Shown: one piece after another, positions 49,018 through 58,721 of the stretch
Numbering within the stretch: position 1 is the first letter of the stretch
Layout of the letters: every line of letters starts with the position of its first letter
Notes under the pieces: model-generated
What the model saw: the letters and a program-made list of their open reading frames with translations, nothing else
What the model was told of the DNA's origin: nothing
Databases searched by the model: none
Translations under genes and position numbers: made by a program
DNA from: a virus
Length of the DNA: 64,000 nt
IMG/VR virus record: IMGVR_UViG_3300029305_001665
Reading direction: 5' to 3' (one strand)

Positions 49018-52000
49018 TTAACTCCTTTCAAGTATTTCGAAACAGTTGAAGGCGATTTGCCCATCTTTTTAGCAATCTCTTCTAAACTATAGTTAGAAGC
49101 AGCTAAAGCTTTCATTCTACTAATTTGATTCTGTGTAACAGTAGTAGTTGCTTTAGGGGTGGCCCTTTCTCTAAGCTTATCTATATCAGTGTTAGCTAGT
49201 ATAGCATTCAATGTACTGGCACCAATAGCACCGGCTTGAATAGCTTCCCATTCTCTATCACTAATGTCTATATTACGATCTTTTCTAGAAACGGAACCAA
49301 CTTCTGCTCTAGCATTCTGTAATACTTGTGTTTTACGCTTTGATAATTCTTTAGCTTTGATGTTGGGGTCATCTAACTTCATTAGAGCCCCTGCTGCATC
49401 CGCTTGGCGCTGAGCATAGCGTTCACGGGGGGCATTCTTTAACGCCTCGTTCAGACTAGCTTTAAGGGTGGCTATCTCGTTAGCATAAGTCTTCTTAGCT
49501 TCCTTATTTACTTGTATATCTTTCTCAAAGTAGAGTGTCTTTCTAGCTTCATTAGCTAGGGCCTTCATTTCATTGGCATAGTTAGCGTATGCTTTTTCTT
49601 TAACGTCACCTTTAGGTGAAAGTAAACTAAGGGCGTCATCGGTTTCCATCATGGCGGTACTCTTTTGAGTACGAGCCTTAGCTCTATAGAAGATTGTTCT
49701 GTCCTTATTTGAATAAGCGGGTTCTCCAGTTGCGGGGTCCGTAGTTAGAACGGGCGCATACTTACCAGTTTTGGGGTCCTTCTCTTCAAGTAGGGCATAC
49801 TTCTCTACAGCAGCGGGGTCTTTAGTATTATAAGATAGCTTCTTACCATTAGTAGTCCTAAGGGTCTGCATGCTTGTATTCTTATCATAGTGTCTATCTT
49901 CAGGATAGTATAAATCATCCGCTAGTTTATAAACATTAGCACCTTCAGGCTTAGTAGGATCATACCAATCAGTACCTTTGATGTTAATCTTAGGAGAACC
50001 TTGACGTTTAAGTACCGATACCTCACTCTTGGCTCTTGATAATAAAGTAGATGCTCCACCATACTTTATTTCACCGTTATCCATAACTTTAATTTGATAA
50101 GTAGCTCTTAACGATTTAATATCGTTATCTTTTTCGCTCTTTTTATAATCAAGTTTGTGTTTACCGGCATCTATAACAACCATTGAATGACGAACGGCTC
50201 TGGCTAATTCATCTTCAGAAGCACCATTCAAATTCATATCTGTAATTAGGTTAGAAATCTTACCCATTTCCATTTGAGTATTATCTTTACCTGTCTTTGG
50301 GTCCTTCATATAACGCATCCCTGGAACTTCAGGATACGCTAACTTAGGATCAAATCCTTCGAGATCTTTCAAAGGAGGTCTATGAACTATTTTAACTTTG
50401 CCAGTGGGATCGTGTGTAGGAATACACATTACAGTATCACCATCGAAGTCTGCTCCTGATAGCTGATCAGCAATCTTTTTATTAATACCAACAGCATCTA
50501 TGCTTTGTTTGCCAATCCATTTCGAACCCAATGCGTTCTTGTTATTAACAGTAAGTACTGGGATTTCGAATGTGCCAGCATGCGGATAACGAATTAAAGC
50601 TAATTTAGTACCATTTTCATATTGAGGCGCAAATACTTCGTTATCTTTCAATGTATTAATAGGAAGAATAACGTGATATTTTTGCCCAGGTAAAGCAGCA
50701 GCCTTTAAATGTACTGCAGCAGAGTCGCATTCATCAGCAAACTTAGCTAGGAAATACTTTTTAATAGTAGGATTCTCTAGAGCACATATTTCTTCAAATT
50801 CAGCTCTCTTATCAGTCTTGGCTAAATCTAATTGTTTGTTAATAAGGGCTAAACTTTGTTTACCTAAGAATTGTGAAGGTAAAGCATCTTGCCATTCGGA
50901 CCAATCACCTTCTGAAGACTTCTTATTGATAAGAGATAGCTGTTCTTTACCATTTTCGTCTGTATAATAGCTTTGACCTTCCGGCATAATAAGAGCACCA
51001 AACGGGTTGTCTGGATTCTTCTTATCTATTTCCTTAAGAACTTCCATCTTAGACTTAGTGCTCGGTTTATTGGTGTTAAATATAATATCGACACCTTCAG
51101 GCATTTCATCATCAGTATGAACAGCCATACCTTTTACATAGTGTGTGCCATCTACTAATATGCGAACTTGCGCATAGTGATCATTTCCTAAAGAAACATC
51201 TTTTACACCTCTTCTGATTTCGACAGTGCCATCTTTATCACCGCCAGTGAAACCATCGGGACCAACTTCATCGACATATCTTATTTTTATACGACTAGAG
51301 TCCATTGAAGCAGGATACTCAAACTTTTTAAATTTAGTTCCACCTTCTTTAGCTACATAATGTTCTTCGTTTAAAGGATGGATATCCGCACCAGGCTTAT
51401 ATACTTCTGCATATTCAGTACCAGGCGAACAAATGATTTTATTTGTGGTTTGGAATCCTGCATTAGTAGATTGTTCAACTCTTCTGTTATAAACAGGATA
51501 TCCTTCTCTTTGCAAAGCATGTAAAGCTAAATCAAGCCTTTCTTCGGAAATATGAAGTTCTTTATCAACGCCTTTGCCTACGTCAACCATTTTATTTTTG
51601 TCAACTTGGGTACGAATATGGTCAATAAGCGCTACACATTCTTTTATTTTTGCATCCGAATTCGGTTCGAGCCAACCCCTAACAGTAGATTCGCTTCTTC
51701 CCATTCGGCGGCCTATCTCAGTAGGTCCAAGACCGTCTTCGCTTAAAGATTTAGCTCTGTCGATTAAAAGACTGTCTCTTTCGTATTGTGCTAAAGCTTT
51801 TTCATTACGATATTGTTTCATAGTAATGCCGAATTCTCTTTTGATACTTTCTGCATTTTCTTTGAAACCTTGTTTCTTTAATTCTTCTACTCTGGCGAGG
51901 AAGTCTTCACCATGCTGATAGGGTGTATCACCTGAGCCCCAAGGATATCTTCCTGAACGGAATTTAACTCCATAGTGCATCAATATGTCTTCCGCTATTG

Positions 52001-52040
52001 GATTCATAATGTTAGCCCTCCTCGTTTTCGATTTTGTCAA
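49014..52040 (-). CDS. YonO-like single-subunit RNA polymerase (two double-psi beta-barrel domains), fused to N- and C-terminal HTH domains
   Basis: 1008 aa. Residues ~530 contain SGADFDGDTVMCIPTHD, which matches the universal beta-prime catalytic NADFDGD (approx. nt 50434..50448). Residues ~300-330, VDGTHYVKGMAVHTDDEMPEGVDIIFNTNKPSTKSKM, parallel the beta-subunit motif GNKGV.SKI.P.EDMPY...G.PVDIVLNPLGVPSRMN. An HTH lies at ~100-125 (LGPTEIGRRMGRSESTVRGWL) and another at the C-terminus (YSLEEIAKKMGKSPSTVSKYLKG). Confidence 0.55.
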   Translation of the reverse strand: MTKSKTRRANIMNPIAEDILMHYGVKFRSGRYPWGSGDTPYQHGEDFLARVEELKKQGFKENAESIKREFGITMKQYRNEKALAQYERDSLLIDRAKSLSEDGLGPTEIGRRMGRSESTVRGWLEPNSDAKIKECVALIDHIRTQVDKNKMVDVGKGVDKELHISEERLDLALHALQREGYPVYNRRVEQSTNAGFQTTNKIICSPGTEYAEVYKPGADIHPLNEEHYVAKEGGTKFKKFEYPASMDSSRIKIRYVDEVGPDGFTGGDKDGTVEIRRGVKDVSLGNDHYAQVRILVDGTHYVKGMAVHTDDEMPEGVDIIFNTNKPSTKSKMEVLKEIDKKNPDNPFGALIMPEGQSYYTDENGKEQLSLINKKSSEGDWSEWQDALPSQFLGKQSLALINKQLDLAKTDKRAEFEEICALENPTIKKYFLAKFADECDSAAVHLKAAALPGQKYHVILPINTLKDNEVFAPQYENGTKLALIRYPHAGTFEIPVLTVNNKNALGSKWIGKQSIDAVGINKKIADQLSGADFDGDTVMCIPTHDPTGKVKIVHRPPLKDLEGFDPKLAYPEVPGMRYMKDPKTGKDNTQMEMGKISNLITDMNLNGASEDELARAVRHSMVVIDAGKHKLDYKKSEKDNDIKSLRATYQIKVMDNGEIKYGGASTLLSRAKSEVSVLKRQGSPKINIKGTDWYDPTKPEGANVYKLADDLYYPEDRHYDKNTSMQTLRTTNGKKLSYNTKDPAAVEKYALLEEKDPKTGKYAPVLTTDPATGEPAYSNKDRTIFYRAKARTQKSTAMMETDDALSLLSPKGDVKEKAYANYANEMKALANEARKTLYFEKDIQVNKEAKKTYANEIATLKASLNEALKNAPRERYAQRQADAAGALMKLDDPNIKAKELSKRKTQVLQNARAEVGSVSRKDRNIDISDREWEAIQAGAIGASTLNAILANTDIDKLRERATPKATTTVTQNQISRMKALAASNYSLEEIAKKMGKSPSTVSKYLKGVK

Positions 52041-52587
52041 ATAGTCTGTCTAAGTATGTAACACGATCCATAATTGGCAATATATTTGCAGCGGTCGGTG
52101 TATGGTATATGACTTCATCGTTTTGATATATTCTAAGTTCAAAGTCTATATCGCCCGGCTTAATTTTATATTCCAAACAAAAGAAAGCAGCATATACTTC
52201 AAGCTGCTCCATACGTGCTGGTGTGGTACCAGTCTTTAAATCGTGTATTCTTAATATCATTCTTCCGGTAGCAGGATTTTTTCTAAAAGAAATGGCGTCT
52301 GCTGTACCAAAGAATCTGTGAGAAACAAACAGAACAACCTCTGTCTGCATTTTAAAACCTATAGCATCATTAACATATGAATACAAGGTCTTTTTAGATT
52401 TCGGTTGTTTTATTTTTAAATCAATAGTTTTCTTAGCCCATTCATGTAATTGAGTTCCTCTTTCAGTAGCTTTCATTTCGGTAAACACTTCTACTGCTTT
52501 TTCATCAGGATATCTCAACCAATGAGATTTGCTAGGACTGAATGGGGCATGAAGCCCTGCTAGTTTTGAGTGATCATTAAAGCGCAT
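52012..52587 (-). CDS. PD-(D/E)xK-superfamily nuclease (RecB/Cas4-like fold)
   Basis: 191 aa. FGTADAISF...ILRIHDLKTG fits the D...(D/E)xK-TG pattern of RecB-family nuclease motifs II-III. Confidence 0.45.
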   Translation of the reverse strand: MRFNDHSKLAGLHAPFSPSKSHWLRYPDEKAVEVFTEMKATERGTQLHEWAKKTIDLKIKQPKSKKTLYSYVNDAIGFKMQTEVVLFVSHRFFGTADAISFRKNPATGRMILRIHDLKTGTTPARMEQLEVYAAFFCLEYKIKPGDIDFELRIYQNDEVIYHTPTAANILPIMDRVTYLDRLFDKIENEEG

Positions 52588-52599
52588 GTATTATCACCT

Positions 52600-52890
52600 T
52601 TAAATTGTAAAATGTAAATATAATGCATCTAATACCGCATCTTTATTCTCGGGATAAATAAATGATGCAAACGACATTTGATCCATTAATTCAACATAAT
52701 ATGGTTGATTAGGCCGAGCAGGTGCAGTTGCGCTCTTTTTACCTTCAAGCGCGGCCCAGCGATTTCTGTACAAAATTAAAAGATCAGGTATTCCCTGATA
52801 CTCGTTAGGGTCCATATGTAATATAATGCAGCCAGGAAACATACTTTCTAACTCATTAACCAAATTTGTTTTAAATCTGTTTTCTAACAT
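52600..52890 (-). CDS. VRR-NUC domain nuclease
   Basis: 96 aa. GIPDLLILYRNRWAALEGKK matches the VRR-NUC PD...(E)xK core. Confidence 0.5.
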   Translation of the reverse strand: MLENRFKTNLVNELESMFPGCIILHMDPNEYQGIPDLLILYRNRWAALEGKKSATAPARPNQPYYVELMDQMSFASFIYPENKDAVLDALYLHFTI

Positions 52891-53035
52891 AGAAACCCTC
52901 CTTAAAATAGTAAAAACATGAGAGTATGCGCTAAAAACGCATTATTTTTCTCTCTCATAAAAGGGGATGTTTTTTCCGCGAATTTTTAAGCCAAAATAAA
53001 AAGAAAGAGAGCATGTATAGCTCCCGAATCTTTTT

Positions 53036-53341
53036 TTATTTAATAAACGGACTGATAAGAATATATTTCTCAGGAGGTAATATACTTTTACAACTCCACG
53101 ATTTCATATCATGAACATAGTCATACCAATTTCGCATATCTTTATATAGCACATCTATATCCACCCAATCTAAATTTAGTTGAGATAGTATATGCATATG
53201 GTAACGATATATTGCTTCTATTATTTTTTCGTAGTTTCTATTGGCGACTATATTTCGTATTCCAAATAATATAGCGTAAAGAAGTAAGACGCTCGATACA
53301 GCTATTATTAAATTTAAAAATATTGTTGCGAGTAATTCCAT
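53036..53341 (-). CDS. small membrane protein (101 aa)
   Basis: N-terminal TM helix (LLATIFLNLIIAVSSVLLLYAILFGI). Confidence 0.4.
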   Translation of the reverse strand: MELLATIFLNLIIAVSSVLLLYAILFGIRNIVANRNYEKIIEAIYRYHMHILSQLNLDWVDIDVLYKDMRNWYDYVHDMKSWSCKSILPPEKYILISPFIK

Positions 53342-53351
53342 AATTCCTCCT

Positions 53352-53762
53352 TTACTCTATATATAAATCATTTGGTGTGCATCCGAGCGCTTTTGCTAGT
53401 TTAGTAACAAAGCGAAAACCCGGCATATTTTTGCCAGTTAAATATCCGTTAAGAGTGCATCTATTGATGCCTAACTCTGCTGCTAGTTCTTCTTGGGTAT
53501 ATCCCTTACGATGTAATCTCCATTTAACTCGTCTAGCAAATTCTCTTTTCCAAATTTCGTCAGTAACATTTCCGCTATTGTAACTAACGATTCTGATACT
53601 TCTGTTTAAATCGTCATAGACCTTCACTGTTCCATCCGGATATTTAATTATCAGTTCGAATGGATTATAGTTCTCGTTGCACTCGAAATCCGTCCCTTCT
53701 ATATTCTCGGTAGGGAAATATAGAAAGAAATTATCGATTAAATTATCAAGTTGCTCACTCAT
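53352..53762 (-). CDS. XRE-family HTH regulator (C-terminal HTH)
   Basis: 136 aa. C-terminal YTQEELAAELGINRCTLNGYLTGKNMPGFRFVTKLAKALGCTPNDLY is an XRE HTH. Confidence 0.6.
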   Translation of the reverse strand: MSEQLDNLIDNFFLYFPTENIEGTDFECNENYNPFELIIKYPDGTVKVYDDLNRSIRIVSYNSGNVTDEIWKREFARRVKWRLHRKGYTQEELAAELGINRCTLNGYLTGKNMPGFRFVTKLAKALGCTPNDLYIE

Positions 53763-53940
53763 GTTTTTTTTTTCTCCTTTCTAATTAAAATTTGTGCGAT
53801 TTTTAGTCTTTGGTCAAAAACCCACTTTTTTTGGCTATTATTATTTATAAATCGTAAAATGTTGTATATTTGTAACATTTTTAATTTTTTCAATTAATTA
53901 AAGAAAATAAATGGGTTTTTGGGCAGAACGTCCTTAGCGA

Positions 53941-54175
53941 CCCTCGAAAGTCACTCAAATCACCTCAAAACACCCCAAAAAGGGCCTAAAATGACCGTTT
54001 TTAGCCACTTCAAGCCCATTTTTAAGCATTTTTCTCTGCCCGTTTTTTCTAAAATTTTTGGGCTTTTGCCCACTTTTTTTGTCCATAGCCCATTTTCAGT
54101 TTTTCTTGCCCGTTTTTTCTGCCCACTTTTTTCGGGCTTTTGCCCGTTTTTTCTAAACTTTTTGGGCAAGGATTT
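53941..54175. repeat. iteron-like direct repeat array in a 440-bp non-coding gap (candidate replication origin or regulator-binding array)
   Basis: TGCCCGTTTTTTCT occurs three times, GCCCACTTTTTT twice, GGGCTTTTGCCC twice and AAA(A/C)TTTTTGGGC twice, interleaved with T-tracts. Both ORFs drawn over it are low-complexity artefacts. Confidence 0.45.
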
Positions 54176-54202
54176 TAGTCGTCCGTAGCGCTAACTAGCA
54201 GT

Positions 54203-54607
54203 CTAACTCTCCGACTTATAATGGCAATCTAGGATATCATCGATGACTCCATGTACGTCCTTCAAGGCCATCTTTTCATCGGGAACATCAATCCAAAGTA
54301 CTGATTTCAAGGTTTTAGCGAAAGCTCTAACAGCATCGTTGGACGACTTCCCAGTCGCTACATAGTTGTTTAGTTCCAACTTATATTCCCCTTCAGACAT
54401 TACTCTAACTACGTTGTCGCCTTGAAAAGTGACTTCCCCGCACTCTTTTATAAATAACAGTGCTCGACCGTCTTTTAAGTAAATAAGTGGATTATCTTTA
54501 ACACTTTTTACAGTGTCAATTAAAGGTTCACATGCGTTCCAGGTGTACATATGCAAGAAATGTTCAGTGTTACTATTAGAACATAAAATAATATAATTTT
54601 TAACCAT
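54203..54607 (-). CDS. hypothetical protein (134 aa)
   Basis: Intact ORF with RBS. Confidence 0.4.
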   Translation of the reverse strand: MVKNYIILCSNSNTEHFLHMYTWNACEPLIDTVKSVKDNPLIYLKDGRALLFIKECGEVTFQGDNVVRVMSEGEYKLELNNYVATGKSSNDAVRAFAKTLKSVLWIDVPDEKMALKDVHGVIDDILDCHYKSES

Positions 54608-54830
54608 TCTTATTCTCTCCTTTCAAATATACATCGCCATTCCAGAAACGTTGGAAGAAGGTTCTAAATACCCACTGCAAGAATCGATTGCAAGTCAACT
54701 CTACTTCGCTATTAATAACGTCATATCTGACTTTAAAGCATTTGAACATTATATAGCCGTCTTCATAATAAATAAATTTTGGATTTTCTAACATTCTTAA
54801 ATACTCCTCATAAGTTGTTAGGTACGCCAT
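54600..54830 (-). CDS. hypothetical protein (76 aa)
   Basis: Intact ORF overlapping its neighbours. Confidence 0.35.
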   Translation of the reverse strand: MAYLTTYEEYLRMLENPKFIYYEDGYIMFKCFKVRYDVINSEVELTCNRFLQWVFRTFFQRFWNGDVYLKGENKNG

Positions 54831-55353
54831 TAACTACCTGCCTGACCGTTATAGGATCTAAAGAATCAAGATCGACATTATAATATCTAGAAAAAGAGCC
54901 ATAAGTAGCTTTACTAGCTTTTGCGTTCGCTAACCACTTGTTTTGTTCGATTATAGTTTGAGTTATAGCTATATTTTCAAGACCTTCGCCATTATTAACA
55001 GCCATCTCAACATATTCTTTTTGTGATATAAAATAGTTAGCTTCTCTCTGAGCGTTCAAAGGTAGAAATATAGAAAGCGGAATCAATGTCATCACAACAA
55101 TAGCCATCAATATACTAATACCCCAGCCAATACAATCTGCATCGTCCCATTTGTCATGTAACCGATCGTATTTCATATATTGATACTTTAATTTATCATC
55201 GTCGACACTTAACCATGTACTATGATATTCGTTATACGATTCCTTGTATCGTCTCAAATAATATCGTGCGAGTTTCTTAAATATGATTCCTAATATTAAA
55301 CCTACAATGCCCAATGCTAAACAACCAAAAGTAATATACCAAAGTCCGTACAT
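54808..55353 (-). CDS. membrane protein (181 aa, two TM helices)
   Basis: Hydrophobic segments near the N-terminus and mid-protein. Confidence 0.4.
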   Translation of the reverse strand: MYGLWYITFGCLALGIVGLILGIIFKKLARYYLRRYKESYNEYHSTWLSVDDDKLKYQYMKYDRLHDKWDDADCIGWGISILMAIVVMTLIPLSIFLPLNAQREANYFISQKEYVEMAVNNGEGLENIAITQTIIEQNKWLANAKASKATYGSFSRYYNVDLDSLDPITVRQVVNGVPNNL

Positions 55354-55362
55354 ATCAACCTC

Positions 55363-55572
55363 CTAAAATTTTAAATGAACGATATATGCTATAAGAAAGA
55401 ATATCGCATATATAGCTAGCACAAGCGCAAGGGGAATCCAAAGCGGTGACAATACCCACCACCAAGACCACTGAATTACGTTGAGAAGTTTTAAAACTAT
55501 AAATACAATGGTCAGCAATCCGCTAAAGCCGATTCCGCCATTTACAACCGTAGTATTTTTTTCTTTACTCAT
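55363..55572 (-). CDS. small membrane protein (69 aa)
   Basis: Two TM helices with Trp-rich loops. Confidence 0.4.
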   Translation of the reverse strand: MSKEKNTTVVNGGIGFSGLLTIVFIVLKLLNVIQWSWWWVLSPLWIPLALVLAIYAIFFLIAYIVHLKF

Positions 55573-56230
55573 AATTTACCTCCATGTATTTAATGAGTTC
55601 TTTCATTTTCTTTAAAGTAGTACACTCTTTTAACAAACTAAGAGGAACATATACTTCCTTGTCAGTATCGATAGCACCGTGTTTTTTAAAAGTGTTATAG
55701 TAGTTACCTTTATTACCGAGAACTTTCTTAGATATAGCCATAGCTAAACCCTTTTCTTTGTCAAAGTATTCATCGTTACCGGCTTTCACAACAGTTTTAG
55801 TACCATCCTTCCAGAAGACAATAGTAGCCGGATCGTTAAAGATTACTTTGTCGATTTGGACTAGGGGTTTTTCTGCGGGTTTATGTAAGTGTCCTATTAA
55901 ACTACAGTCGCGTAACAAATACGCATAAGCGTCTAACTGATCCAGGTATTTACCCGAGCATCTAGAAGATAAGAAGATTGAGTCGTATTTGAGCCCATCT
56001 CTAATAACAACCGAATCTATGTCTGTATATAACCAACCCCAACACTTATTATCTTCTTTTATTCTGAATCCGTAGTAACCATACTCACAGTCTATAGTAA
56101 CTACTTGTCCAGCGTACTTGTCCATCTCACCAAGAGAATTCCAATGTCCCGGACGTCCGCCATCGATCTTTTTAATTCTAACCTTATCTCCAGGTTCCAA
56201 TGCTTTAAATTCGTTTAATGTTATAGACAT
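55565..56230 (-). CDS. hypothetical protein (221 aa)
   Basis: Intact ORF with RBS. Confidence 0.45.
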   Translation of the reverse strand: MSITLNEFKALEPGDKVRIKKIDGGRPGHWNSLGEMDKYAGQVVTIDCEYGYYGFRIKEDNKCWGWLYTDIDSVVIRDGLKYDSIFLSSRCSGKYLDQLDAYAYLLRDCSLIGHLHKPAEKPLVQIDKVIFNDPATIVFWKDGTKTVVKAGNDEYFDKEKGLAMAISKKVLGNKGNYYNTFKKHGAIDTDKEVYVPLSLLKECTTLKKMKELIKYMEVNYE

Positions 56231-56247
56231 TTTCTTTCTCCTTTCGC

Positions 56248-56682
56248 TTAATCAATTTTATATATTTCAAAATCTACACTTTCAGAATAATAACCGTTAC
56301 TTTCTCCGTACCAACGCATAAAATCATAACCTTTATTAGTTCTAAATTTGTAGAATGTCCAAGTGTAGCTATCGGGTTCATATGTGTATTTTCCAATGGT
56401 GTAACCTTTTCCTGGAACGCCTTCTGAGCTTACCGCTTCAATTTCGCACCAGTCACAACCCGTGAAAACATCTTCTTCGTTAACAAGACCATCGGCGCAC
56501 TCTAATTGTACACATTCGCAACAATCTTGATCGTGATACATTTTGACAACGAATCCGTCTTTACAATAGAAAAAAATTTCGTCTGTATCTGGCTTATAGC
56601 CATCTATTTTTACAATACCAGACTTCAAATGTTCCTTAACGTCTTCTAAATCGCATTCATAATATCTTTTAACTAATACCAT
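56248..56682 (-). CDS. Cys-rich hypothetical protein (144 aa)
   Basis: CxxC pairs (CCECVQLEC and CDWC) suggest a metal-binding fold. Confidence 0.4.
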   Translation of the reverse strand: MVLVKRYYECDLEDVKEHLKSGIVKIDGYKPDTDEIFFYCKDGFVVKMYHDQDCCECVQLECADGLVNEEDVFTGCDWCEIEAVSSEGVPGKGYTIGKYTYEPDSYTWTFYKFRTNKGYDFMRWYGESNGYYSESVDFEIYKID

Positions 56683-56694
56683 ATTATTTTTCTC

Positions 56695-57354
56695 CTATTC
56701 AAAATCACAGACTTTTATTTTAGTAATAATGCGCTTACCGTCTCTAGAACATAGCTCTAAAGCAGGTCTAGCAACTACCCCTTCCATAGGAGCTCTACCG
56801 CTTAAAAACGAAACGGGTTTGCTCTTTACGTACTTTACTAATTCAGGAAGAATACCAGTTTTAACAATAGGAACCACTTCAAGATTAAGCGCCCCGGCAA
56901 TCTGTACTACATTCTTACGTTCTAAATAGAGCCCGTTATCCATAGAGCCAACCCAAATATCAAACAAAATAAAACCTACATCATCACGATATAGGTCTCC
57001 GACTTTCTGTATTCTAGTTCCGTATCCTTCGCCGAATAAGATAACTTCTTTTTCACCAAACATCTGCTCAAAGAGTTGTTCAGTTTCTGGGTTCTGGAAC
57101 ATTTCGTTAAGTTTAGCCAATAAGTGACTGGGAATTTCTGATTTTTCAGTTCTACCACCAAAGGTAATGGCATGACCATCCCAATATACTCTGATACCAG
57201 TGCCGTCTACTTTTTCAGTAGCAATCCATAAACAATATTGAAGATATTCTATAGTGGGATTGTTATAAACACCTTCCAATAACTTCTTCGTTCCGGTAGT
57301 TTCTCTTTGAAATATGTTTTCTATTTTATGATATTTTTTCATACACACCTCCAA
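56695..57354 (-). CDS. ATP-dependent RNA/DNA ligase-like nucleotidyltransferase (RNA ligase family)
   Basis: 219 aa. ATEKVDGTGIRV carries the KxDG adenylylation motif I. Downstream EGYG and KIKV resemble motifs IV/V. Confidence 0.5.
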   Translation of the reverse strand: MEVCMKKYHKIENIFQRETTGTKKLLEGVYNNPTIEYLQYCLWIATEKVDGTGIRVYWDGHAITFGGRTEKSEIPSHLLAKLNEMFQNPETEQLFEQMFGEKEVILFGEGYGTRIQKVGDLYRDDVGFILFDIWVGSMDNGLYLERKNVVQIAGALNLEVVPIVKTGILPELVKYVKSKPVSFLSGRAPMEGVVARPALELCSRDGKRIITKIKVCDFE

Positions 57355-57364
57355 TACTTAAATA

Positions 57365-57619
57365 TCATTTCGATAACGCTTCGGCTAAGAGCCTGATAAT
57401 GTCTTCTATATACTGGTCCGAATAATCCGAGTCACCACAGCCTCTAAGTTCTATGGCTTTTACATATGCTCTTGATATTAATTCGTCCTTATCGTTAACC
57501 TCGACGGTCTCGGTCTTAGCCTCCCAATTTACCCTGTCAGGAGTACCTATGCAACCAACGCAGGGTTCTCTTGCCGGCCCAACATCATAGTGTTTACACG
57601 TGTAACAATGTTTTTCCAT
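57365..57619 (-). CDS. small Cys-rich protein (84 aa)
   Basis: Start MEKHCYTCKHY after a GGAGGTG RBS is preferred over the upstream start, which overlaps the SPFH gene by 67 nt. Cys pairs are present. Confidence 0.35.
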   Translation of the reverse strand: MEKHCYTCKHYDVGPAREPCVGCIGTPDRVNWEAKTETVEVNDKDELISRAYVKAIELRGCGDSDYSDQYIEDIIRLLAEALSK

Positions 57620-57633
57620 AGTTTCACCTCCGA

Positions 57634-58689
57634 TTACGGCATGGGAACGACCACAGTGGCCGAACCCTCCGTAACAACGCTGGGAAGTTTGCCATCCCAT
57701 TTAGCTAAATATTCGAGATATTGTAAGTAGTCGGTGATGAGCTTAATTTCTTCAACCGTCTTACCTTCGAAGTCGATAGTGTATTCAATATAAGTTTCAT
57801 TGGTTTCTTCGTCCGTAACGACCTCTTCAATAATCTTGAAACCTAATGCTCTAGCTACTTCTATAGACTTTAATTGGGTCGCTAAAGCCTCTGCTCTGGC
57901 TATTTCGAGTTGAGCTTCAGCGTCAGCTTTTGCTGCCTCTAAACGCGCTTGAGCGGCTAATTTAGCTACCTCAAGTTCTTTCTCCGCGTTTACGATTGCG
58001 GTTTCTTTTTCATATTCAGCTTTAAGCTTTTCTTGTTCTGCGATCATTTTATTCTCTACGGTTTGTTCGAAAGCATCTGAGAAATCGATGTTAGTGAGAA
58101 CTACTGCGACAATATCAATATAGTATTCTTCTGTAACCGCACTCTTGATAGCTTCTTCAACTTGGGGAGATATAGAGGAGCGAGTTTCGATGATATTCAT
58201 AGCGGAATATGCGGATAAAGTGGATTTGGTTTTTTCTATAGCAATAGATTGTATTCTGCTAGCAAGAACTTCTAATGAGCCATAATGTTTAGATATGCTG
58301 AGAGCATCGTCTTGTTTGATTTGATATTGAACGCTCATCATTATGGTCATCGTTTGCGCGTCTTTAGAATACGCCATGGTTTGAATTTCCATAGTCTGTA
58401 CTTTGGCGTCATACTTCTCGTATTTTTCAGTCATCCAGAAATCAAAATGAAGTCCTGCTTCTCTGATTTCTTTAGCTTCGCCTAAATGTTTTACAACAGC
58501 TACTTCACCAGTCTCTACTTGGTGGAAGCTGAAAGGTATGACTGCGAAAGCGATGAGAAAACTTAAGCCAAGAACTACAAGTAAAGTTCCTGCGCCGTTC
58601 TTTTTGTCTTCGAATTCAAAGTAGCATCCAACAAAGCATACGATAGCGAGTATAAATAATATAATTGCGGTTATTATGATAATTCCCAT
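57634..58689 (-). CDS. SPFH/band-7 (prohibitin/stomatin/HflK-like) membrane protein
   Basis: 351 aa. N-terminal TM helices, then a typical SPFH core (ETGEVAVVKHLGEAKEIREAGLHF) and a long Ala/Glu/Lys coiled coil. Confidence 0.7.
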   Translation of the reverse strand: MGIIIITAIILFILAIVCFVGCYFEFEDKKNGAGTLLVVLGLSFLIAFAVIPFSFHQVETGEVAVVKHLGEAKEIREAGLHFDFWMTEKYEKYDAKVQTMEIQTMAYSKDAQTMTIMMSVQYQIKQDDALSISKHYGSLEVLASRIQSIAIEKTKSTLSAYSAMNIIETRSSISPQVEEAIKSAVTEEYYIDIVAVVLTNIDFSDAFEQTVENKMIAEQEKLKAEYEKETAIVNAEKELEVAKLAAQARLEAAKADAEAQLEIARAEALATQLKSIEVARALGFKIIEEVVTDEETNETYIEYTIDFEGKTVEEIKLITDYLQYLEYLAKWDGKLPSVVTEGSATVVVPMP

Positions 58690-58721
58690 AGTTTTTTTCT
58701 CCTTTCGGTCCGCCTAAGCGG

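Noticed and set aside
49014-52040. Alternative reading of the 1008-aa protein as an archaeo-eukaryotic-type primase-polymerase (DxD motif)
   Set aside because: The motif is a full D-x-D-G-D triad preceded by Ala, not the hydrophobic-strand hhhDhD of primases. A separate beta-subunit-like (E/D)DMP...VDI(I/V)(F/L)N motif lies upstream. This better matches a two-barrel RNA polymerase.
53919-54188. Overlapping plus- and minus-strand ORFs (89 and 69 aa) across the iteron-like region
   Set aside because: Their products are simple translations of the direct repeats (FFxPxF on one strand, K-rich on the other). The region is better explained as non-coding repeat DNA.
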